A stretch of 50,460 nt of DNA. Source: Nemertoderma westbladi. Taxonomy: Eukaryota > Animalia > Xenacoelomorpha. The notes below the pieces were generated by a model that worked only from the letters and a program-made list of their open reading frames with translations, was not told where the DNA came from and ran no database searches. Location: assembly GCA_032718475.1 (NCBI GenBank), contig JAUCBJ010000680.1, positions 1 to 50,460 on the forward strand, given 5' to 3'. Shown here piece by piece: positions 10,077 through 21,500 of this stretch. Position numbers and translations under genes: made by a program. The stretch's first letter is position 1. Each line of letters opens with the position of its first letter.

Positions 10077-10085
10077 GGGGGGGAG
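10077..10085 (+). promoter_or_regulatory. Polypurine tract (plus-strand primer) before candidate 3' LTR
   Basis: gggggggag directly followed by TGT, and preceded by an 11-bp perfect stem atgctatcttc/gaagatagcat (10048-10076). Confidence 0.7.
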
Positions 10086-10624
10086 TGTTAGCTTATTCAA
10101 TCCCGCCAACACCCCATAAAGTTATTAGCCGATAAGCAATATTGGGAGCCGCGAGATTGGGTAATTAACCAACTCGCGCCATCCCAATAAGAATGGGAAG
10201 GAAGCACACAATAGAGGGTCAGGGGCCAAACCCCTAACCCAAGGAGAACAGGTGGAGTTAACGGGAATACTCCACGGGGCGCCAACAAGGGTATTAACCA
10301 ATCAGAGGGGGGAACGGCATCGATTGAGTAGCAGTAAGGCCACCGTGCAATATAACCAATAACCTATTAATCAGTGATTCAGTTATCTCAAGTGCAGCAG
10401 TGCTAGCGTAGGGTACAGCCAATTAGTTTAGTTAGGGGATCACGGGACTTTAGTTACCGTATCCCGCCTTGTACACATTCACAACATATCTATATCTTAT
10501 AACCTTCTATTATACACCAAACTTCAGAACTCAGTCACTTTATTTCATCCTTATACACGGCGGGGACGCGTGGACTAAATTACCACAACCGGATAAATCG
10601 GGATCCCTCTTGGATCCCGTCACA
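10086..10624 (+). repeat. Candidate 3' LTR (539 bp)
   Basis: Starts TGT after the PPT and ends ACA exactly where the 17-bp satellite begins. Contains recurring aaccaa(t) motifs, TCAGT initiator-like motifs and a terminal hairpin cgggatcc-ctctt-ggatcccg. The 5' LTR is not in the window, so this cannot be confirmed here. Confidence 0.65.
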
Positions 10625-12367
10625 ACCGGTACATCCATGGTACCGGTACATCCATGGTACCGGTACATCCATGGTACCGGTACATCCATGGCACCGGTAC
10701 ATCCATGGCACCGGTACATCCATGGTACCGGTACATCCATGGTACCGGTACATCCATGGTACCGGTACATCCATGGTACCGGTACATCCATGGTACCGGT
10801 ACATCCATGGTACCGGTACATACATGGTTCCGGTACATACATGGTACCGGTAGATACATGGTACCGGTACATCCATGGTACCGGTACATCCATGGTACCG
10901 GTACATCCATGGTACCGGTACATCCATGGTACCGGTATATCCATGGTACCGGTACATCCATGGTACCGGTACATCCATGGTACCGGTACATCCATGGTAC
11001 CAGTACATCCATGGTACCGGTACATCCATGGTACCGGTACATACATGGTTCCGGTACATACATGGTACCGGTAGATACATGGTACCGGTACATCCATGGT
11101 ACCGGTACATCCATGGTACCGGTACATACATGGTTCCGGTACATACATGGTACCGGTAGATACATGGTACCGGTACATCCATGGTACCGGTACATCCATG
11201 GTACCGGTACATCCATGGTACCGGTACATCCATGGTACCGGTACATCCATGGTACCGGTACATCCATGGTACCGGTACATCCATGGTACCGGTACATCCA
11301 TGTAACGGTACATCCATGGTACCGGTACATCCATGGTACCGGTATATCCATGGTACCGGTACATCCATGGTACCGGTACATCCATGGTACCGGTACATCC
11401 ATGGTACCGGTACATCCATGGTACCGGTACATCCATGGTACCGGTATATCCATGGTACCGGTACATCCATGGTACCGGTACATCCATGGTACCGGTACAT
11501 CCATGGTACTGGTACATCCATGGTACCGGTACATCCATGGTACCGGTACATCCATGGTACCGGTACATCCATGGTACCGGTACATCCATGGTACCGGTAC
11601 ATCCATGGTACCGGTACATCCATGGTACCGGTACATCCATGGTACCGGTACATCCATGGTACCGGTACATCCATGGTACCGGTACATCCATGGTACCGGT
11701 ACATCCATGGTACCGGTACATCCATGGTACCGGTACATACATGGTTCCGGTACATACATGGTACCGGTAGATACATGGTACCGGTACATCCATGGTACCG
11801 GTACATCCATGGTACCGGTACATCCATGGTACCGGTACATCCATGGTACCGGTATATCCATGGTACCGGTACATCCATGGTACCGGTACATCCATGGTAC
11901 CGGTATATCCATGGTACCGGTACATCCATGGTACCGGTACATCCATGGTACCGGTACATCCATGGTACCGGTACATCCATGGTACCGGTACATCCATGGT
12001 ACCGGTACATCCATGGTACCGGTACATCCATGGTACCGGTACATACATGGTTCCGGTACATACATGGTACCGGTAGATACATGGTACCGGTACATCCATG
12101 GTACCGGTACATACATGGTTCCGGTACATACATGGTACCGGTAGATACATGGTACCGGTACATCCATGGTACCGGTACATCCATGGTACCGGTACATCCA
12201 TGGTACCGGTACATCCATGGTACCGGTACATCCATGGTACCGGTACATCCATGGTACCGGTACATCCATGTACCGGTACATCCATGGTACCGGTACATCC
12301 ATGGTACCGGTACATCCATGGTACCGGTACATCCATGGTACCGGTACATCCATGGTACCGGTACATC
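10625..12367. repeat. 17-bp minisatellite (accggtacatccatggt)n, about 102 copies
   Basis: Direct reading. Contains the palindromes gtaccggtac and ccatgg. A variant triplet (catacatggttcc / catacatggtacc / gatacatgg) recurs six times. Confidence 0.98.
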
Positions 12368-12443
12368 ATTATTCTCATAATAAGAAATAAAATAAATTAC
12401 CCCAGCTGCGGCTCACATAAACAAAACGTTCTCTTTCATATAG

Positions 12444-12587
12444 ATTTACGAGTCAAAATTAAAGGGGATTCAGTTACAACTAAAAAAATACGAAACATGG
12501 ACCATGGAAGCATCTGAAAAGCTGAGTTCTTACAGTCAGCTGGAATGCCAGGATAGTGAAATACAGAATAACCTTAAATTATTGGAA
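12444..12587 (+). CDS. Spectrin-repeat gene exon 1 of window (IYESK...KLLE)
   Basis: catatag|ATT...GAA|gtaagt, 144 nt, phase 0-0; missed by the ORF track. Confidence 0.8.
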
Positions 12588-15500
12588 GTAAGTTGATATA
12601 CAACCTAATTCACGACTATCTAAGGTCTTGTGGGAGGCAGTCTGAAATGACAGACCTCCATAGTCAGGTTGAGATAAGGATTATGAGATAATCCTTTTTT
12701 CTTATTAACTATGATTTGGTAAAATTTAATTATTCAAATTTTAGAATTTGAGAGCTGCAGAATTACAATTTAGAAGTTGCGAAGTTAGAATTTAGAAGTT
12801 AGATATATATATATAGAGTTATACCTAACATTTCCCAAAAGGTGAGCTCTAAAGACATTCTAGCCCATTCCTATTCACTGGAGGAGCTAATCGATTCTGT
12901 CGAAGAATTCGTTATAGAATACCCAGGTCGGTCCACTCGGGAGCTCCAAAAAAGTGCGGTGGCATTGAAAAAGAAGACTTTAATAATGGCCACAACGACC
13001 TCGGAGGTTATATTTCATATTCAATATTGAATAGTTCAATGTTATATTCAATAGTTTATACCGGTACATTTGTTATGGCTTTTGCACAGAATATCGGATA
13101 CGTTATACTCATTAGTTTATATATATTTAGTGGTATTCTCTTGTATTTCACTTAGATTAAGGGGAGCCTGGAGGCTGAGCTACATGGAAGATACCTTAAA
13201 TCATACACACAGTGCCGAGGTTGGATAGAAAGCGCCCGAACTGATATTCTAGACTCGGAAGAGTTGAAGGAACAGGAGCAAGTAGATTGTATCGAGGTAT
13301 GTGAATGGTGGAATATAGCCAACAACACACGTACACGTTGGTATGCAAGAGACAGAGCATGTAACACTGTAACAGTTGTAGGAATTAAACATAATAATAA
13401 TAGTGTAATAGTTAGTAATTTAATAATATTCTGATAGTTATGGTATCCCAGTAACATGGTTACCACGAATTACAGCCACGCAGAATAAATTTGATAACAA
13501 ACACTGGAATTATAGAAGCCATATCAAACCACGTAAATTTACATTTTATCAAAAATAAACATTTCCGAGAGTGTGACATTATGTAAATTCAATGTTTATG
13601 ACTATGTAACACTCTCTGTATGTATATTATAGCCCTTCTGATAATTTATTGAATGGACCGATTTTCTATCAGTTTATAAAACACACGTTTGATTCCTTAC
13701 TGTTCAGAATATTTGTATATGCACCTATGAAGGTGTAAGCCATGTCCCGATGTCCGGTATACAAGTTTCAGTAACATGAACAAGCTTAATGAAACTACAA
13801 GAAACCTAGATATATTTGTGTTGTAAATTAGAATTCTTATTTTTCCTCTAAAATTTTTTTCATAGTTCTAAAAGAGTGTCTCTATCGATATTTAACCAGG
13901 TCCCAGGTGCACTTTATTAAAGTACAGTACATCAATACTGAAATAAAACAATCAATAAATTCACATGGCATCCCTTTTTGGCTTAACTGTTCATTTTTGT
14001 GGTAGCCTGCCCGGTTGTCCAAAGATTTACTCTTGGGACGCTGAAAACAACAAGAACACATAATTAATTATATTAAATACTGACTTATATATTCCAGACA
14101 AGACAGGGGCATCTCTGCCTCGGATCCTTAAATTATAGCTAAATGAGTCCCAGTTCTCTCTCGGAGTATAGTTCTGGGGGGGGGGGGGGGCTCACTGGAA
14201 ATACGTTCTAAGATTTTGTGCGTAAATCGTAGTCTAACGGCCGAAGACTATATTTTTTACTTCACACCTACAGTATACTATTCTGCAATGTTATCCTCCT
14301 TAAAGTTACTTATGGGCGACATTTCAACAATCTTTTTACATTTCAGGAATTACTTTCTCAGAAAGACGCAGTTGAATTGAATTTGGACAAAGTGGTAGAG
14401 CGAGCTAATATAATAATAGGTACCAAGTTGCGAATGAAAGAAGATATATTGAGGGATGTAGAATCTTTACAACTGGATTGGAAAAAACTTCTAGATGAAA
14501 TCACATCGCTGAAGATTAAACTAAATCAAAAAATCGCATGGGTAAATGAGCAATACAACAATAATGGGATATTTAATTTAAATATAATATTATTTACTTT
14601 TTAATAATATAGATTTTAAACAATTATGCCATATAATAACATATCTTAATTAAAGTAAGGAACTTTATATATTAAGCCAACTTATCAGTAATCTGTTGTT
14701 ATTCCACTAAAGACCGGTTCACAGATTCACTTCGCGGTGACATTGCGGTAGTTTTGTGTTGCATTTTAAACACGTATGTGGGCACTTCGCGCAGCACGTA
14801 AGTCCAGATTAGCGTAGAGGTACAATTAGTGGACCTAGTCATTCACCCTCTAGTGGCAGACAGAGGAACTATAAAAGTCTGTCTGTGAGAAGAGTTTCTT
14901 TATTCAGTAATGCCCGTAGGATACTCCTACCAAATTTCAGATGAATCTGATGGTTGGTTCTACAATTACAGCAACTTTTACGTTTCTGTCAATTCGCCCC
15001 CTAGCGGCAGACAGATTAACTACAGAAGTCTGTTGTCATTCAGTAAAATTTCAAACTTTTGTTGATAGACTACATGTCTACCAAGTTTGGTTGCATTTCA
15101 TCCATGATTGACCGACTTATAAGCGTTCAAACATTTCCGACAACAATGACAATGACGGACGGGTCCACTAATTATAGCCCTTCGCTAAGGCTCACCTGGA
15201 CTTACGTGGCTCGCCCCACACACTTTGTCAGCGCTGTATCCAAAAAGCAAAACGCTGTAACTGTGATTGACCAGAATTGCGATTTCAGAACGCTGTCAGC
15301 GCGAAGTTTATCTGCGAACACGGCTGGAGTTTCTCCATTGATGACAGATATTGTACGCTAAGTGTAATAGGTTATTTACCGTACGGTTGTTACAGTAACT
15401 GCAATTAATAACATTAAATGAATATGGATTTCATCATTATTGCTAAATATATTCCTAAACATTACAATAATATTATTATTATTAATAAATATCGCGTAAT

Positions 15501-18500
15501 TAAGATTATTAATTAATTAGAAAACATATGTTCCACCATTATATTATAGTGTAGGGTAGTCGTAGCCGTAGTTAATATATTTTACACTCTAGTAATTTGA
15601 ATGCGATAGCATTTCAATTATCACTTTCCAGTTATTTTTTTTTTCTTCAGCAAAAAAGCTATGATGACGCTGTCTGCCATTTTGAAAGGTGGTTACAACA
15701 ATCATATGAGGCGTTAGACGGATTAAAAACCCTATCTACAGTCACATTAAGTAACAAAAATAATCAATTAGCGAAATTGAAATCTCTACAAGAGGATGTG
15801 TTCGGGAGAAACACTGCGTTGGAGTCGATTGTTAATAATTCGAATAAAATTAATCACGGGCACAAAGGAAAACAAATGGTTGAGAAGTACAATCAGCTGT
15901 TTAAAGATCTCGATGTAAGTAAATTACTTTTCTGTATAAAATGGTAATCTTAGAAATGAGATGTGGGCTTTCGAATATTAAATTGTTATTCATCCACAGA
16001 ACAAGCATGAAAAATATGAAACAAAAAAAAAGTAGTGAATATATATCATGACAATACTTTAGGAGTAGGAACCAGCAGTAAGATAATCGTAACTAATTTC
16101 TTCAACAGATTTCAATAAAGTCTTCAAACCATCTCTTGTCAATACATTCGCAATACGACAAGGAAGTGCGAACTATAATGGAGTTGTTGAATCAATGTAT
16201 GGAAGAAGGTTCGTGTTTGGCAAACTTTGCGGGGAATCGAGAACAACTGGAACATAAACTTACATCTCTGAAGAGTCTCATAGACAGGTGAGATCAATTA
16301 TCTTGCATAACAAGTGATAAATATATATAAATACAATATAGATTAATTGATAAGTTATTAATTGAGTATCTTTATTATAACGTAAATTTATATATATTTG
16401 GAATAATATTGTTCAAATTAATTAACTCATCGTTGTCAATCAAGCATTGCGTTCGACAATATTATTCACAATTCCAAATTTATTCAATAATACATACAGA
16501 CTTACTGAACTAACTGGTCTTCAAAATTGTTTCAGTTTCTCGGAACAAAGGCTGCACATCTTATTGCTTAATTAGGTCTACATAGTCCCTCATAGTTAGT
16601 GAGTAAAAAAAATACATGTTATTTTCCAGATTGGAGGTTGGAAGAGGAAAATTCAAATATATTGAAGAATTAGGAAATAAATTACTTAAAGAGTCCTCTG
16701 CAAATACGACAATACAACAACAGGTAGCTTAATTTACCAATAATTTGTATCATATAAAATTATGTTTTAATTTAAATACATTTATATCGGGTTTGCGAGT
16801 GCTTCTTCATTCCAGATTTGATTTAATTAAGAATATATACATTTTAGAATGAAGAAATACAACATCAGTTGGTCGATGGTATGAATAGCCTTAACGAGTG
16901 GCGCGATGGCCTTGAAAAGATCATCAGCCAATCTAAAGAATTCGAAAATTCCAAAGATGCATTTGAAGTCTGGTTGGAGGCGATAGAATTAAAACTTTCT
17001 AGCAAACCAACTCAAAAAAGCGACCTTCATCAGAGGAAATTACAAGTTGAAAAATTCAGGTAAAATGGCCAAATATTGATATAATTCAATACAGTACAAT
17101 TAGTTCTATCAGTATCACAACATTAAATACAATCAATATTATTTTATGAAATACAATCCCAATATTCTACTCTAAGTTCATAAATACTGTAAATAACATG
17201 ACATGAGTATTTATTATAACCTGTTACATCAACAGCATCTTCAATATATTTGATTATTATTATTTATAACAATATAGGTTAATCCATAATGACATAGCCA
17301 ATCACCACACACTCCTTGATTCACTCACTCAACTAGCAGAAGATCTATTGGATCAATCACAGTTCGGCGACTCATCAATATCCACGAGTATCACTCAGCT
17401 GATGGCCCGGTACGAATCTGTGACGGGATTGGCTAGTTCCTATCTGAAACAGCTGGAAGTGGTAGCCAGTGAATATCATTTATACAGGTTAGTGTTCAGC
17501 AATTAATATTGCACAGTCAGTTTGCTCAAATGCGCAATTGAATTTCACGAGATTACCGGTATCTTCAAGGACTGTATACTTTCATAAGATGCGTCTCAAG
17601 AAAGTCATGGGCTGTCCACCATGATTATTTTCTCCATGAGACTGCCAAAGCAAAACATTATGCACTGCCTGGTCCTCACGGCGAAAGCAATGTCCTGTAA
17701 AGCGGGGTGGCTTTGTTCAATTGTCAAACTTGGGGGACCATTAATTAAGACGCCTTCAATGCTGTACAGGGTCTGGTAGAGTACGTGTTCATTGTTCTTG
17801 ACACAGTGAACACGACGTAGCATGTGCCATCCAGAGATTTGGTGTCCTCAGCAATTAGCATGGACTCCCACATAGGAGTAGTAGGTCTACTGCTGCTCTA
17901 ATTATTCGAACCTTAAGATTCCGATTCTATGTGACTTTCAAATCTTCCATATCCCTTTCAATGCTGGCCATTCCTTCCCCTTACGTATTCGAAGGTCTTC
18001 ACATGACTTCCGAATCCTTGATAATCATGTTAGTTGTTAACTTCAGCGAGAGAGAAAATTATATAAACTATAAAAATTCAGAACTGTTCTAATAATTATT
18101 TCGTGTCACCCACTATTGCCTGCCTAAGTGAAAAAAGCACTTGCACTAATTTATACTAAATATATATTAATCTAAAATAATGTTTTTTTTAATATAGGGA
18201 AGCAATTCAGGATTGTGAAAGACGTTTGTTACATTTGAGTAGGAAAGTGACGGCTCAGAGCGCATTGGATTGCAATGACTTATCAACTACACAATCCCAC
18301 ATAGATAAACATCTCGTGAGTACCGGTACACAGTACATCTAAAGTACTGAATCATGAATCAATCGACTATTATTTACCCATACAATTAAATTGTAACTTC
18401 CTAGCAAAGCTTACATATTAATTTCGTCCTTGTTATTTTTCCGCTAAATAAATGTTTCAAAATGTAAATTTATCGAGTTTTTTTTTTGAAGCTTTCCTTT

Positions 18501-21500
18501 TTATTTATTGTCAAGATGTGCAAGTATATTTATTAATTCACCAACGCTGAAGGGCATTCATTAAAGTTTTATGAAACTCTAACACATATAACACATGTTC
18601 AATACTGTTTTGTAAATAAGTAAATTGTCATTCATTTTAATTACTTAAAAGACCAGTACTGGCCTTTTAATTGGTAGTTCTTTACTTAGCAAGTTTCATA
18701 TAGTATTACTGTACATCACAAATAATGGATATAACAAAGTATGGTAAACAATATCACTCTTGCAAGTAACGATACTATTTCTATAATACTGTCACGGTTG
18801 ACATTGTCACAAATAATCAAACTTTATATTTTCAGTTGTTGATGGAAGACATAAAGGTTTTGATAGCACGATCGGAAGTAGTGACCCAGCAGGGATTGAA
18901 CCTCTTACAGGAATCTCCACAACTTCAGACTTCTATTGAATCTCAATTAGAAAATCTGAAAGAGAGTTGTACAACCTTGTCTAGGACGGGCAACCAGATA
19001 GGGTTGCGACTAAAGGAATCACTAACGATCCATATGAACTTCACTCAGCTGGTAACAGAGGTGGGTTACCTTTCATATAAAAGAACAAGTAAAGTATTTG
19101 TAAATAAGTACTTATGAGCAGTATTGATCGATAGTAATTAATTCCTGAAGAATTTAATTCATGTTTTTTTTCAGGTAAATAGTTGGCTAAACACCCAAAC
19201 TAAGTTGCTCACCAGCAGCGAAAATGATCCACAAACTCAATCAGATGAGTTTAGAGATGCGATAACTCAGGCTGGAGAATATAAACACTCAGTCGAAGCA
19301 TTAGCGGAACGCTGTGATAGGGTTGCTGCCACGGGTAGTGGTGCCACGCAAGAGATGAGTAAACAGGTGCTACTAGATCTCAGTGCCTTCCAGAATAGGG
19401 TTGAAGACAGAATAGCAGCTCTGCATGATAGAAACTTAGAATTCAGTGAATACGTCAGACGGCGTGAGGAGTGTACCGAGTCTGTGGAATCTATTGCTTT
19501 AGCAATTGCCGAGAAACGTGAGACAAAGACACCATTAAACCCAAAGGTTTCTGAAATACTTATTGGTCAACTGCTTGGCATTAGCGAACAATTAAAATCA
19601 AAAGACAACACTTTGGAGGATTTGAACCACTTTTATAGGCAACTTCATAAGAAGGTCGCTGTGGATCCGGTACTTGTTGCACTTGGAGAGAAGTGTAGGC
19701 AATTACAAACGGACGTCCAAAGTGTATCGAAACTGATTGCGAAGCAGTCACTGTTGTGTAGAGAGTATTACAAGTCATTGGATGAATCGAATGATACCTT
19801 GAACCAACTCATTAAGGAAGCGAGGCATATTGAGGTCGATAAAACTGTATCTTTAGATGAGAAAGTTGAACAGGCAAAGAAGTTCCAATCTGCTCTGAAA
19901 TTTACAAAAAATGACAAACTAGAAAAATTCAAATCGCAAGGATTAGCCGTGGCCGAGTTTTGTACCGAAACCGATAAGAAGGTTGTAGATGACGAAGTTA
20001 AACGTTTAGAGGATTATTTGAATGAACTCGCAGAACTTGTGAAGAAAGTAGAGGAAAGCGCAGTAAAGGCATTACGAGGTTACAATTCTTTTCTAAAGGG
20101 TATAGCTGATGTCGGGAAATGTTTGGAAGAACACGAAGCTGAGCTCAACCGCGCAATGTCTATCGGACCCGATCCAAAGGATACCGAAGAGAAGATTAAA
20201 GAACACGTTTCTATGGAAACTAATCTAGAATCAGTGAATTCTAGAATTTGCCAACTAACAGAGGATTACGAAGTTTTATTTGAAAATATAAATGAGCCCG
20301 AACGAGAGATTTTGGAGGATCGCTTAGAACATATGAGAGCGAATATGACTGGGTTAAAGGACAAATCCGCAACAAGGAGGTTGGCGTTGGATGATTCGCT
20401 AAGGGATAGAAGGAACTTCGAGACAAATTTCAAGGAAGTAGCTGATTGGTTGAATAATTCCAAGGAGCGAGCATCCAAGCTGGGTAGTGGCCACGTTGCT
20501 AAGCAACTCGAAGAAACAAAACACTTATATGACTCGTTAGATGCTTTTCGACCGAATATAGTGCGGTTGCACAGCAGGTATCAATCCTTGCTCAGTTCGT
20601 GCCCAACTGAAGCTCGAGTGGCGTTTGGTGAACGTGTTCACACATTACAAAGTCACTTCGATCAGCTTAAGTCGCAATTAACTGCCAGATTAACTCAGCT
20701 TAAAATGGTTATTACGGAATATGATAATTTCCAAAAGAACATGAAAGATTTCAATAATTGGGTTCAAGGTATACGCGACCAGCTGAGTGATGGAGTTACT
20801 CTTAATGTGCCAATTGATATGATAGACCAACAGGTTGAACAGCAGACGGAATTACTTCTAGATATTGAGGTTCACAGTGTTCAGGTAAGGCGATAGATAG
20901 ATTACTTTTTTTCTAATTAATTAGGTGTTGATTTAATTTAAACTTTAGTGTTCTTGCTCAAGGGCCTTTTTTACTAGGCAATTTTTTTGGGGATTTTTTA
21001 TGACGTTTTTTTCACGCGGTTATTTTTAGAGGGTGAACTGGCCCGGCGACGTGTGTGCCAAAGTGTGCCATTTATGGAATATCCGGTCTACACGGTCATA
21101 ACGCCTGAAATTCCGGTAAATTTATTAGATTATGACCTAGAGTTAGGGTTACACTATCATTATGCCTGCCTTGGCGGCATTTTATCCTTAAGGCCGACGG
21201 ATCGACCCATACTGTACTTTGTGGAATGGTTACAATTTCGTACAGACAGCACAGGGCACAGCTGCATATGGCATGCCCTATTTTATTCAATAAATTCGTG
21301 TCTAGGATATTAGGTGGTACCCCGCGTTCCCACCCGGAATCTAAATTCCCCATAGAATCTAATATTATTGTTTTTCACAGCTCCTTTCAGGACGTTTCTC
21401 TTTTAGGTGACTTTAATTATGGTTTGTCGTTTGTGTCTGACCGACAAACCCTAACCTAAAAAACCAAACCAATATCCCAGTCAGATTTACAATACAAAAC

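Larger units (their letters stand above)
1..10624 (+). mobile_element. BEL/Pao LTR retrotransposon, 3' portion (5' LTR and ORF start lie left of the window), with an additional ORF2
   Basis: Gag-PR-RT-RH-IN order in one ORF with BEL-type motifs. Uniform purine-rich + strand composition across ORF1, spacer and ORF2. PPT followed by a TGT...ACA segment at 10086-10624. Confidence 0.88.

Noticed and set aside
10469-12517. Long ORFs in all six frames (MVPVHPWYRYIHGTGTS / MDVPVPWMYRYHGCTGT repeats)
   Set aside because: Artefact of a stop-free 17-bp satellite; the same peptide appears in every frame.
19205-20896. Stand-alone 563-aa SMC-like coiled-coil gene
   Set aside because: It has a TTG start and is bounded by splice sites in phase with neighbouring exons, so it is an internal exon.
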